A stretch of DNA of 64,000 nucleotides from assembly GCA_029856045.1 (NCBI GenBank), contig JAHQWG010000028.1:32001-96000 (forward strand), in the 5' to 3' direction. Below, piece after piece: positions 29,263 through 39,696 of the stretch (position 1 is its first letter; each line of letters begins with the position of its first letter). This stretch comes from Promethearchaeia archaeon. GTDB taxonomy: Archaea; Asgardarchaeota; Lokiarchaeia; Sigyniarchaeales; SOKP01. The notes beneath the pieces were generated by a model, which was given only the letters and a program-made list of their open reading frames with translations, ran no database searches and was not told where the DNA came from. Position numbers and translations under genes: made by a program.

Positions 29263-29535
29263 ATGTCAGAAAAATCATCTGATACCCAACAAAAATTTAG
29301 AACATTAACTGAGCTTAAACCGAGTACAGCTAAAGAATATCAAGATGCAATAATCAAAAGAGTAGATTATTTTGCCAAAACTGGGACTTCGACATTTAAC
29401 AATACTATTGAAAACACAATAGTTAAGGGAGCAAATCTTTTTTTAAATGCTAAGGATAAGATTGATGCAATGTTAGGAGACGAAGTTATGGATAAAGTAC
29501 ATAATGCAATTGAGAAAATTCTTTTGTTGTTTTAA
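29263..29535 (+). CDS. Small hypothetical protein
   Basis: ORF starts 3 nt after tes, with GGAGG upstream. Confidence 0.65.
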   Translation: MSEKSSDTQQKFRTLTELKPSTAKEYQDAIIKRVDYFAKTGTSTFNNTIENTIVKGANLFLNAKDKIDAMLGDEVMDKVHNAIEKILLLF

Positions 29536-29582
29536 ACTCTTTTATTTTTTTTTTACCCAAAATTATTATATGTGAAAAGGAT

Positions 29583-30668
29583 GTGGCGTACTATATTGCG
29601 ACCTTACCTGTAACAATTATTTTTATCATAAATGGGTTTGGACAATTTTTTTATGCCTTAAAATTAAATAAACAATTTCCAGAGGAACATAATTTTAAGA
29701 ATTTTTATTTTATTTTTCTACTATGGATAACTGCAGCGTTATGTTATCCCTTCTTTTATTCAACGGACAATGTTAATATTAGATGGTTTCAGGAATTATC
29801 AAATTTTTTCATTTGTATTTTCACGCCGTCCATAATATTTTTGATACTTCTATATCAATATGCAGTTGTTGTAAAAAAAAATCCAAAAATAAAAGAAAAG
29901 AGAAATATTGAAAGCTTTATTGAAGAATTCGATAATATGCTCGAAAATATCGATGATATAGAATCATATGACCTCAATACAGACATACACAGAAAAACGC
30001 TTCATCTTTTTCCAGCAGGAGTTATTGTTTTATTATGGGTATTTGCTATTTATGTATGGGAAGGTATATGGCATGCAGATCTGATATGGGGGATAAGCGG
30101 GAGGGATTTTGGTGTTTTCTTAATACTAACAGTAGGATATTCAGGTATTCTAGTATTTACCGCTTTAGATTATATTCGATTATCATTTATTTTTAAGAAT
30201 TTAAATATTTATCATCTATTACCGAATAATGTTCTTAACCTTCTAAGTAAGACAATGAAAAGAAATGAATTATTTGTGTTTATTAGACCAGCATCATTGG
30301 TTTTAGCGTTTATACCTGGGTTTTTTTTACCATTTAGTATATTCATTTCGATTGCGTTAATAGCAACTTTAGCTGATGGAGCTGCTTCTATTTTCGGAAA
30401 ACGATTTGGAAGTAGAAATTTCCCTAAACATAGTAAAAAAACAATAATTGGTTATATTAGTGGATTTACTGTCGCTTTCTTAATCGGGATTGTTTGTTTT
30501 TTAATTTTTGAAGAAAATTTAAATTTTTCAGAAATAATTATTATATCATTAGCAGGAGCAATTGTCTTTTTTTTGATTGATATATTAAATCTAGATCTTG
30601 ATGATAACATATTAAATCCATTATTTTGTGCTTTGGTTATGGGAATTTTTTATATATTATTCATATAA
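29583..30668 (+). CDS. CTP-dependent isoprenoid/diacylglycerol kinase family membrane protein (dolichol/phytol kinase, DGK1-like)
   Basis: HRKTLHL; ADGAASIFGKRFG...KKTIIG; LDDNILNP; multiple TM segments. Confidence 0.8.
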   Translation: MAYYIATLPVTIIFIINGFGQFFYALKLNKQFPEEHNFKNFYFIFLLWITAALCYPFFYSTDNVNIRWFQELSNFFICIFTPSIIFLILLYQYAVVVKKNPKIKEKRNIESFIEEFDNMLENIDDIESYDLNTDIHRKTLHLFPAGVIVLLWVFAIYVWEGIWHADLIWGISGRDFGVFLILTVGYSGILVFTALDYIRLSFIFKNLNIYHLLPNNVLNLLSKTMKRNELFVFIRPASLVLAFIPGFFLPFSIFISIALIATLADGAASIFGKRFGSRNFPKHSKKTIIGYISGFTVAFLIGIVCFLIFEENLNFSEIIIISLAGAIVFFLIDILNLDLDDNILNPLFCALVMGIFYILFI

Positions 30669-30772
30669 GGGTCTTCATTTTAAAATTGGATTTTATAATA
30701 GGAATAAAATCTTTAAATCATCATAATTTATAAAAAATTAAAGAGAATCAGTTATTTATTAAAAACTTTAAT

Positions 30773-30843
30773 GCGCTCGTGGTATAGTGGTAGAACTCAG
30801 GCTTCCCAAGCCTGGGACCCGGGTTCGATTCCCGGCGGGCGCA
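30773..30843 (+). tRNA. tRNA-Gly(CCC)
   Basis: Acceptor GCGCTCG/CGGGCGC-A; anticodon arm CAGGC-TTCCCAA-GCCTG; GGTTCGATTCC T-loop; no intron or CCA. Confidence 0.96.
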
Positions 30844-31028
30844 TTTTTTTAAAATTAATTAGAAATATAGGAACCAATGAAAGACTTAAAAGGAAAAAAA
30901 CTGAATGCATTTTCAAGATTTCTTCTCAGAAATTTCGATCAAAAAACACGCACTGAGAAAAAATTTCATGAATGATGTGAGAAGGAGGTATTAAATGCTA
31001 AAAATTCAAATCAATCAATCTTATTTAT

Positions 31029-31493
31029 TTAATCTACATCTACAGTAGCTTTACATTTATTACAACGTTTTGCACCCCTAAATAGTGGGTTCCCACATTC
31101 GGGGCAATGGTATCTTTTTTCTACCTCCTCAACCCATTTTTCGGTACCGAGTTTCCTCCATGCTGGGATATCTTGAAGTATAACTTTTTTACCAACAGGA
31201 ATAGGGAATCTCTCTATCATCTCACATGGAAATTCTTCACACTGATAGCACCCTTCAATCTCTTTCTCCTTTGCACAACTTTTGATGGGGCATGTTTGAC
31301 AGAATTTAAACACAATACCGTCTGAAAGGCACCCTGTACATTGAAGATCTTCCACTTTTTTTGCAAATGGGCCATATGCTTTTAAAAGTACTTGTTTGAA
31401 CTTTTGATTATTGTCTTTATGAGCAATATAAATGGAACATACACCACAATATAAACCACAAGGAGCTAAAAGCTCTTTCTTTATTTTTGACAT
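31029..31493 (-). CDS. DUF3795 Cys-rich protein with C-terminal Zn ribbon
   Basis: APCGLYCGVC, CTGC, CPIKSC, CYQCEEFPC, CPEC..CNKC. Confidence 0.88.
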   Translation of the reverse strand: MSKIKKELLAPCGLYCGVCSIYIAHKDNNQKFKQVLLKAYGPFAKKVEDLQCTGCLSDGIVFKFCQTCPIKSCAKEKEIEGCYQCEEFPCEMIERFPIPVGKKVILQDIPAWRKLGTEKWVEEVEKRYHCPECGNPLFRGAKRCNKCKATVDVD

Positions 31494-31649
31494 CTTAAAT
31501 GCCTCAATATTGAAATAAAATAAATAGTGATTATAATAAAAGGAGATTTTATTTAAACTTGTTCTTTACGAAGAAATTCCTTTTTTAAACCTTATATCTG
31601 AAATAGTTTTCCCATTCTCCTTTCCTAAATCCTATATCTGAAAGATTTA

Positions 31650-31806
31650 GTCAATTTATCTGTTCTAAGCCCTTGCTATTTAAGAAAATCCTTGATAATA
31701 TTTTTTTTCTCATTGGAATAGAAAATCTTTTAATCTTATCAAAAGACGATCCACCACATTGACACCAGCCCTCAATACCTTATTTTTCAACGTAATCTAT
31801 AATTGA
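31650..31806 (-). pseudogene. Degenerate remnant of a DUF3795 paralog
   Basis: Hand translation SIIDYVEK*GIEGWCQCGGSSFDKIKRFSIPMRKKNIIKDFLK*QGLRTDK aligns with PIKSCAKEKEIEGCYQCEEFPCEMIERFPIPVGKKVILQDIPAWRKLGTEK. Confidence 0.7.
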
Positions 31807-31978
31807 ACCCTTTTCGCTTATTTTAAATAAATTCATAACCTATTTGAATAATTGGCAATATTTAATTTTTTGATAATTCCTTACGAATTTGAACTTAAAG
31901 TGTAAGAAAAATTAAAGTAAAGATTTATTAATAGAGATTGTAAAAATTAATACAAAATCTAACGATAAAAAATTAGAA

Positions 31979-33691
31979 GTGAATTTTAGTATGAATCGTG
32001 ATACTGAATTTAAAAATAGAATAATCTTAGTTTGTTTCTTTCTCTCATTATTTATTATTGCGACAATTTTCATGTTCATTACGCCAACTTCGATAAAGGT
32101 TACACGTGGAGATGCAGTTACAACTTCAGATGGTGAGACTATTTCGTTTAATGTATTTGAACCAGTAGGTAGAGAAGCCGAAAAAAAACCAGCTGTAATA
32201 ATTGCTCATGGAATTATGGCAAGTAAAGAAATAATGAATGGATACGCAGTGGAATTAGCTGCTGCGGGTTTCATAGCTGTGCCATTTGATTTCCGAGGTC
32301 ACTCTCAAAGTTCAGGAATTCTTGATACGAGTAAAATACTTGAAGATGTTATAGCAATAAAAGACTACTTAAGTACACGGAGCGATGTGGATATACATAA
32401 TCTCGGTTATATTGCATATAGTATGGGCGGCTTTCCTGGGAATATAATCATTAAAATAGACCCAGATTTCAAATGTTTTATAGGAGTTGGAACGTCATTA
32501 GCTACTAACGCTTCGGATATAAGATTGGGAAATAGTACTGACCCACTTAATGTGTTAATTATTCAGGCAAAATTTGATGAGGCTATTCAATTATCGGGCA
32601 CAAAAGCGGGAATAGGTTTAAGAATAGGTTTGGATGCTAATGATGTTGATGCTAATAAGTTGTATGGGAGTTTTAATGACGGAAATGCTACAAAGATTTT
32701 TTACGATGATAACACAGATCATTTATTATTAGCTTGGGATCAAGATTTCATAAGGGAATCACGTAATTGGGTAATTAATACGTTTTCTTGGGTAAGACCC
32801 GTTGATGAAAACTTTTATGTCAATGCTAGAGGCCTCATCTTGATTCTTCAGTGTATAGGAGGAATTGGATTTTTCTTTCTAATCTTAGAGCCACTCTCTA
32901 ATTTAATTGTGAAAGCAAAGGAAGAAGATAGATATAAAATAGAATTACAAGATGAGACAATAAAAAGTCTTTCAATAAAAACAATTGGTTATTCATTGGG
33001 TCTCGGTGTAATAGGAATGATTATATTAATGCCATTTTTCCTCTTCCTTCCCTTATCTGTAGCAGGGATGATGGCAATGTTTAATTTCGGCTCTGAGTTT
33101 GCACTATTTATTATGCTATGGAGAACAGGTAAAAAAGCAGGTATATCGGTAAAAGAAATGATAAAAGGGGTATTTAAACGACCTCAAGGGAAATTAATGA
33201 GAGAAATCGTATTAGGGGTAATATTAGCAGCAGGGTTGTACATAATAATATATCTTTCGATTGGTTTAAATTATTTTTCTATGGCACCATATTTCATTAA
33301 AATTTTATGGATTCCACCGTATTACGCTGTTTTTTTCATTATTTTTCTAATATCAGGCGTGTTATTTCAATCTATAATTCAAGTAAAATTTGAAACCGAC
33401 CTCAAAAACACATATAAAGTATCGTTATTAATATTCGGTTTTAGATTTGTTTATTTTATAGTCTATATTTTGCTATTGAGTCTTCTAATGCGTTCTACTT
33501 TTTTCCTGCTCTTTACATTCGTAGCCATTCCAATACTTTTGCTGACAAGCTTTGTTTCCACTTTTCTTTATCAAAAAACAGGAAATATTATTCCATCTCT
33601 CATAGTAAATACAACTATATTTGTACTTGTTATTGGCACAGCGTCACCTTTTTTTCTTGGATTAAATATGCTTGCAATATTCAGCCATTAA
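31979..33691 (+). CDS. Alpha/beta-hydrolase with C-terminal multi-TM domain
   Basis: AHGIMASKE, FDFRGHSQS, nucleophile elbow AYSMGG, TDHLL; about 8 TM helices. Confidence 0.8.
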   Translation: MNFSMNRDTEFKNRIILVCFFLSLFIIATIFMFITPTSIKVTRGDAVTTSDGETISFNVFEPVGREAEKKPAVIIAHGIMASKEIMNGYAVELAAAGFIAVPFDFRGHSQSSGILDTSKILEDVIAIKDYLSTRSDVDIHNLGYIAYSMGGFPGNIIIKIDPDFKCFIGVGTSLATNASDIRLGNSTDPLNVLIIQAKFDEAIQLSGTKAGIGLRIGLDANDVDANKLYGSFNDGNATKIFYDDNTDHLLLAWDQDFIRESRNWVINTFSWVRPVDENFYVNARGLILILQCIGGIGFFFLILEPLSNLIVKAKEEDRYKIELQDETIKSLSIKTIGYSLGLGVIGMIILMPFFLFLPLSVAGMMAMFNFGSEFALFIMLWRTGKKAGISVKEMIKGVFKRPQGKLMREIVLGVILAAGLYIIIYLSIGLNYFSMAPYFIKILWIPPYYAVFFIIFLISGVLFQSIIQVKFETDLKNTYKVSLLIFGFRFVYFIVYILLLSLLMRSTFFLLFTFVAIPILLLTSFVSTFLYQKTGNIIPSLIVNTTIFVLVIGTASPFFLGLNMLAIFSH

Positions 33692-33837
33692 ATAAAAAAT
33701 AATTCCAAATTCTTTTTTTTTTATTTTTGAAAGAAGTATATAGCTAAATAATTATTGTTTCATCGTTTTTTAAGAAAAAATCGCTACGATAAATTGTTTC
33801 AACTTCGCTATATTACTCTATTAGCGAGATTTAAGCA

Positions 33838-36027
33838 TTACCAAGATATTCCTTTTCTGAACTTTATATCTGAAATAATTGAGTCCTTTAAATCTTTCGG
33901 AACGGGTTGAAATGAATGAAAGATATTTTGCCAAAATGCTCTACCTGAGGTTTTATTTCTTATATCTTCGGCAAAATCCATGGCGTATCTAACTGGCATA
34001 AAAAAATCAATTAATGTTTGATATTCATTATCTTGAAACATTTTATTAACTTTTAATTGGTATTTAGCCAATAGATTTAATGCTTTTTTTATCAATTCAG
34101 GAGGAAGTTGGATTGTGGTTTGATAAATTGGTTCAAGTAAAACCAATCGAGCCTCATTTAAACCTTTTTTAATAGCATCATATATCATAGTAGTTAATTC
34201 TGAAATTGAACTCTCTTCTTCTTTGGATGAAATGTTAATAGCTTCTATTATAATTTTTATTTCTGTAAGAACCTCACCACAGAGGGGGCCATTCAAACAA
34301 ATTTTATTAATGATGTCAATGATTTTGTTCTTATCTTTGTCATTTAGTTTGATATCCTTAATATCCAACGGAGTATTGATTAATACATTTAAATTATTAT
34401 CACAATTAAGAAATCCTTCAATTTCTTTTGATGGAAGATTAGTTTTTTCTTTTAAAAATTCTTTTAATTTATTTAATGGCTTAATAATTTTATGTTCGCC
34501 AGATCTAAAGAATTGAAGTGTTTTGTGATCTAAGCGTTTGATTTTGATTTGAATTGAATTTTTCCCATTTGGTGAAATGGATGAAATTGATGATGATTTG
34601 GTCATACAGGATTCCTTAAAAACGCTTCGTGGCTTAGACATATCAACTCCAATACCTCTTTTTTTAATTTCATTAACACTAACCTCTAAATGCAATGGTC
34701 CCATTCCAGAGAGCAATAATTCACCAGTTTCTGGACTTTCAGTATATTGCAAATTTGGATCTTCAATAAGTAAATCTTCGATATGAGCTTTTAATGGATC
34801 CAAATCCTTCAGGTATTCGGGTTCCACTGATACAGTAATAACTGGTGTAGTAATGTATTTCACATTTTCAAATGCAATCATTTGATCAGAGAATTTTGTC
34901 TCGATTAGTGTTTCCCCACTTTTTATATTCTTTAAACCTCCAATTGCAGCAATATTTCCAACAGGTATCTCTTCTACAAGGTCTCTTCTTGCACCCATAA
35001 ATATTGCAACAGATTGTATAATCTGTTCATTATTTTCTCTTAAAAGAAATGTTGGATTTTTTATTCTTAATACACCAGAAAATATTCTTCCAGTTCCAAT
35101 TAATCTACCTTTATCATTTATAACTTTACTAAGGCAAATTATTAATGGCCCATTTGGATCACATTCTATCATAGCCTTTCCGATCTCTGAGGTGATATCT
35201 CCTTCCCAAATTTTTTTGATTCGATACTTTTGAGCTTCTTTAGGATTTGGAATGTGATCTACAACCATTTCTAATATTGCTTCATGGATTGGATTTAAGA
35301 CAGCTAGTGATTCAAAACCATTATTAAGATATTTATTTCGTAGGTCTTCAAAAGATATTTTATTTTTCTCGAATATAGATAATGTAAAGCCCCATTTATG
35401 CAGAGCCGAACCAAATGCAACTGTTCCAGCTGCAGGAGACACTTTCCATTCATCTTTAAATTCCGAATCTGCGTATCTTTCAATTAATTTATTAAAATCA
35501 TTTATTATTCGAGAAATTTTTTTCCTAATTTGATTAGGCTTTAATTTTAATTCTCTAAATAATCGATCTAACTTATTAATGAATAGAACAGGCTTTACAC
35601 CTTCTTGTAATGCTTGTTTAATCACCGTTTCTGATTGTGTTATAATTTCCTCCACTGCATCAACTATAACAATAACTCCATCAATCAATCTTAGAGCTCT
35701 TGTAACTTTACCGCTAAAATCTAAATGTCCTGGAGTATCAACTAAATTTATTAAAAATTCCTCGTTTCTACCTAATACTTTCTCATAATATAAAGAGATA
35801 TTAGTTGATTTCATAGTGATACCACGCCTTTGTTCTTCTTCTAAGTAATCTAAAACTCTCGCTTCTCCCGCAAGATCAGGTGAGAGTAATCCAGCTTCAC
35901 TCAAAAGTGAATCAGATAATGTTGTCTTACCATGGTCAATATGGCCAACAAGACCAATATTTCGAATTTTTTCAACTTTATGCATAAGTTTTAAAATCTC
36001 TATGATTTCCTTAGATCTACGAGGCAA
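33838..36027 (-). CDS. Elongation factor 2 paralog (aEF-2p type) lacking the diphthamide His
   Basis: GHIDHGKTT, RGITM, DTPGH, NKLD, GSAL, GMGPLHLE, LLEP; domain IV has no HED..HRG loop. Confidence 0.88.
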   Translation of the reverse strand: MPRRSKEIIEILKLMHKVEKIRNIGLVGHIDHGKTTLSDSLLSEAGLLSPDLAGEARVLDYLEEEQRRGITMKSTNISLYYEKVLGRNEEFLINLVDTPGHLDFSGKVTRALRLIDGVIVIVDAVEEIITQSETVIKQALQEGVKPVLFINKLDRLFRELKLKPNQIRKKISRIINDFNKLIERYADSEFKDEWKVSPAAGTVAFGSALHKWGFTLSIFEKNKISFEDLRNKYLNNGFESLAVLNPIHEAILEMVVDHIPNPKEAQKYRIKKIWEGDITSEIGKAMIECDPNGPLIICLSKVINDKGRLIGTGRIFSGVLRIKNPTFLLRENNEQIIQSVAIFMGARRDLVEEIPVGNIAAIGGLKNIKSGETLIETKFSDQMIAFENVKYITTPVITVSVEPEYLKDLDPLKAHIEDLLIEDPNLQYTESPETGELLLSGMGPLHLEVSVNEIKKRGIGVDMSKPRSVFKESCMTKSSSISSISPNGKNSIQIKIKRLDHKTLQFFRSGEHKIIKPLNKLKEFLKEKTNLPSKEIEGFLNCDNNLNVLINTPLDIKDIKLNDKDKNKIIDIINKICLNGPLCGEVLTEIKIIIEAINISSKEEESSISELTTMIYDAIKKGLNEARLVLLEPIYQTTIQLPPELIKKALNLLAKYQLKVNKMFQDNEYQTLIDFFMPVRYAMDFAEDIRNKTSGRAFWQNIFHSFQPVPKDLKDSIISDIKFRKGISW

Positions 36028-36349
36028 ATTTCAAATCAACGATTTAAGATTAGTTAGTATATAAAGAAATAAATAATCAGTTTAATATCTTATTGTTCTA
36101 ACTTGGGGGGAAATGATTTTAGCAACTCAAGATCTTCGTCATAGAAATTATAATTTACGGAAATTTTTAGAAATTTCACCAATTTAATTCTCAGCTGGGT
36201 CAGATTGCTCATTAAATCATTTCCCTATTTTAATTATTAAATATACATATATAAGAATTCGCTTTATTGAGTAAATTGAGAATTGTTAAAAATTTAACAA
36301 GTTATTTTTAAAGATAAGTTTAGTTTAATAATAATAGGAATATAGAATC

Positions 36350-36910
36350 ATGATGATCACGAAATTTGCTGTTGTTGATATTGAAACTACTCATACTAAT
36401 TCGACCGAGGGAACAATAGTAGAAGTTGGGATTTGTTGTGTAGATTTAGAGAATAAAAAATTTATAAAACTTCTTGATACTATCGTAAGGGAACCTAATT
36501 TTAAGAATTATAATGCATGGATCTTTGATAATTCATCACTTACTATTGAAGATGTTCTAAACGCCCCTGAGTGGGTAGAAATACAGCCTAAAATTATTGA
36601 GATTTTTAAAAGATTTCCAGTTACTGCATATAGTAAGCTTTTTGATTTCACTTGGTTAAAGCATCGTGGGGTATATACAGTAAAAGAACTTCCCGACCCA
36701 ATGCTTGAATCTACTAATATTCTAAAATTATCACAATTAAATCCTGAATTAGGCGAATATAAATGGCCAAAAGTCGAGGAATGTTGGCAATATTATTTTC
36801 CAAATATTCCCTACAGAGAAAGACATCGAGCATATGATGATTGTATCCATGAAGCCGCTATTATTTATGAAATGTATCGTCGTGGGCACTATATTTTGGA
36901 AATAGAGTAA
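36350..36910 (+). CDS. DEDDh 3'-5' exonuclease (DnaQ-like)
   Basis: VVDIETT, AYSKLFD, HRAYDD. Confidence 0.88.
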   Translation: MMITKFAVVDIETTHTNSTEGTIVEVGICCVDLENKKFIKLLDTIVREPNFKNYNAWIFDNSSLTIEDVLNAPEWVEIQPKIIEIFKRFPVTAYSKLFDFTWLKHRGVYTVKELPDPMLESTNILKLSQLNPELGEYKWPKVEECWQYYFPNIPYRERHRAYDDCIHEAAIIYEMYRRGHYILEIE

Positions 36911-36916
36911 TTCCAT

Positions 36917-37126
36917 TCATTCTTTCCTTTTAATAAAATATTCGCAATTTAAAATTGGCATATCCCAAGGTTTTGCAAATCCAATTGCGTTGAATTTCAA
37001 ACAAAGAAGCGGCAGATCTTCTTTAGGACGTTTTGCGAATTTACAGAATAAACAGCTTTTAGAATATTGTTGCTGATAAATTTTTTTTTGGGTTTTTTCT
37101 ATTTTATTTTCAATCAATTTTAACAT
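36917..37126 (-). CDS. Small Cys-containing hypothetical protein
   Basis: CLFC..C..CEYF; only 69 aa. Confidence 0.45.
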   Translation of the reverse strand: MLKLIENKIEKTQKKIYQQQYSKSCLFCKFAKRPKEDLPLLCLKFNAIGFAKPWDMPILNCEYFIKRKE

Positions 37127-37503
37127 CGCTTTTTTGTATTAAATTAACAAAGAAATAAGTATATTTAAAGAAAAAAACAAGGTTGTGTACAAAATTCAGT
37201 GATGACTGACAGGTGAATTCAATTGAAAATTAGATCTCGAACAAACGATTAAGGAAATTTTAAATTAATCCAATAAAAATTATAATAAGAAAAATAATGT
37301 TCTATTTGTTCTGAAGATGAATTTAAATATGCCTTCCATGAAGGAGAAATATTGCCCACAATGGTTTATAAATTTTAATCTTTTTATCAAGGGATTCTCT
37401 AAATTCACTGACATTATTGTAAAGTATGATTAAATTGAATTCGCCAAAACCAGTCTCTTTATCCAAGTTAGGAAATAGAATATTTAAATAATTAATTCTC
37501 TAT

Positions 37504-38277
37504 TTGATCCATAGCATGCTCCAAATTTTTATATTGAACGTTCAATTGGAGTTCATATCGTTTTTCATATTTATTACATTATTGGCGGGAGAATTTTTAA
37601 TTCTTTTTGTATATTATGTTAAAGGAGGATTTCAAAAAGAAAATGCAAAATCTGGCCTATATTTTTTAATTCTGGTTTTTTATTTTATTTATTTTGGTCT
37701 AAGTTTCATAAATCTATTTATTTTTGTAATATCATTTAGTATTTTATTTTATTGGTCCTCTTATATTTATGTAAAATCCGAATTTTCAAATAAAAACGAT
37801 GGTTTATTGCAAATTAATTGGTATTGGTCATCGGTTTTCTTTTATATGTATATGCTTTATTTTTATTTTAAAAATTTTAATACTCTTAATGGACTTATAT
37901 TCTCTTCAATTATTCAAATGATGCTTGTATTATGGCTATATTTTACGTTTAATCGTTATTTATTTAATAAAAAAAAAGCAGTTTCTTTTAGAAACAAAGC
38001 TCGTGAAGAATTAGACAAAAAAAAATATGAAGAGGCATTAAATTTCCTTAAAGAAGCAGTTCAGGCTTCAAACAATATAATCGGCATAACAAAATTAGAG
38101 ACTCAATTGGAGATAGAATTTAAAAATATGGAAACCGCTATTAAAGAAGGTAATTTTAAAAATCTTGAAAACATATTACCTGAAATTATTAATCAGAAGA
38201 CTCAAATTTTAGCATATTTTATTATTTGTTCTATCTTTATATTTATAATAGTCTTATTTCTAATTTTCATTTTTTGA
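37504..38277 (+). CDS. Membrane protein with a TPR-like helix pair
   Basis: About 5 TM segments, KKYEEALNFLKEA, C-terminal TM. Confidence 0.65.
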   Translation: MIHSMLQIFILNVQLEFISFFIFITLLAGEFLILFVYYVKGGFQKENAKSGLYFLILVFYFIYFGLSFINLFIFVISFSILFYWSSYIYVKSEFSNKNDGLLQINWYWSSVFFYMYMLYFYFKNFNTLNGLIFSSIIQMMLVLWLYFTFNRYLFNKKKAVSFRNKAREELDKKKYEEALNFLKEAVQASNNIIGITKLETQLEIEFKNMETAIKEGNFKNLENILPEIINQKTQILAYFIICSIFIFIIVLFLIFIF

Positions 38278-38438
38278 CTATAATTAATATAATAAAATCG
38301 TTTTTGAAAATTTTCTTTATAGAGTAGTTCCCACCAAAAAAGATTAGAATGTTACTTAGCGTTTTAAACCCCATCACTGGATTTTGCAACCACCCAAAAA
38401 CAAAGAAAAAGAATTAAAAAAAAAAGAATTAATTAAAT

Positions 38439-39404
38439 CTACTTTATAAAAGATTTTTTTTTCATTTTAAGCCCTAAATAAAGTATTGATATCAATGAAA
38501 CAATACCAATAATTCCAAATGGAAATCCGGGGATCTCTGACGTTGAAATATCTTGATAAACCTCGCTTGGATATATTGCATTTAGGGTATGTAGATATGT
38601 ATTACTAGTTATATCCTGTTCCTTGGTATTATTATTAAATTCAGACAATGTCATGTTCATATCTAATGTAGCCAAGCGAAGTACATTAGTATTTGCGCCA
38701 TAAAACACTTCTCCTGTCATTATTAATGTTGAATTGGTCCAAGCATTTGATTCTGTAGGATATGAACCAAGCAATTCGATTTGGACACCCAGTGTTATTA
38801 CATAATTTATACTACGTGCGGTTTTTGAGATAACTTCAGTGCTATTAGAAGAGGTTTCAATATCACCCGTTTGTTTATCAATTGACAATAAATTTCCGAA
38901 AACCCAAAAAAAGATAGCAACAAGCATAATTGGAGAATTAACAAATACTAAGGGAACATATTCATTATCAAGGCTAGCCAGAGAAACATCCTTTGCATTC
39001 CAAAATCCTTGATAATGTGTTAAGATAGTATCGTTTATATAATAACTTGAGTTACCTCCCCAAGCCGAAAACCCAGGACCATTTTGATAGTCTGGTGCTG
39101 GCGTCATATCACCATCTCTCTCGTAATACGCACCTGTTATATTCACTGCATTTCCAAAAAATGGATAATTTCCTATTTCTACAGATTCTGCCTTGAATCG
39201 AATATGTGATGTTCGTATAGGAGTATTAAAAGAGTCTCCCAACTGATCTATTCCATATTCATTAATCTTGCTTTTCCAGAGTACAACATTTTCCTCTCCA
39301 TTTTCCCACCAAACATCGTTAATAGTGATAGCTAAAACAGTAGGCATAAAATTCAGATATATTAAAAAGCAAATTGAAATAAGTATTATTTTTTTTTTTA
39401 TCAC
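38439..39404 (-). CDS. Secreted glycoprotein with C-terminal IPGF-TM-basic sorting signal (Loki-CTERM-like)
   Basis: Signal peptide; EIPGFPFGIIGIVSLISILYLGLKMKKK. Confidence 0.78.
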   Translation of the reverse strand: MIKKKIILISICFLIYLNFMPTVLAITINDVWWENGEENVVLWKSKINEYGIDQLGDSFNTPIRTSHIRFKAESVEIGNYPFFGNAVNITGAYYERDGDMTPAPDYQNGPGFSAWGGNSSYYINDTILTHYQGFWNAKDVSLASLDNEYVPLVFVNSPIMLVAIFFWVFGNLLSIDKQTGDIETSSNSTEVISKTARSINYVITLGVQIELLGSYPTESNAWTNSTLIMTGEVFYGANTNVLRLATLDMNMTLSEFNNNTKEQDITSNTYLHTLNAIYPSEVYQDISTSEIPGFPFGIIGIVSLISILYLGLKMKKKSFIK

Positions 39405-39696
39405 TTTATACTACACCCAATAAAAATTTAAATTAGAATTAATCAAAAAATATATCCAAGTTCTTATATTTATTATTTAAGGTTTTTTTTGAATAACAAG
39501 TAAATATTTCGATAATTATAAAATCGAATTCCCTTTAAAATTGATGAAATAGGTGTTAAAAATTCTTGATTATCTTTCTTAAAGATATCCTTTAAACAAA
39601 AAAGTAGCATGTGTTTATAAATATCTAGATAATTAAGTTGTAATGATGAGATTCCTTTATTTTATAAATTCTTTTTAATGAGATTAATAATTGATT

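Noticed and set aside
30771-30956. 61-aa ORF
   Set aside because: Overlaps tRNA-Gly
36028-37503. Long AT-rich spacers around the exonuclease as ncRNA or gene relics
   Set aside because: No convincing structure or homology visible by eye
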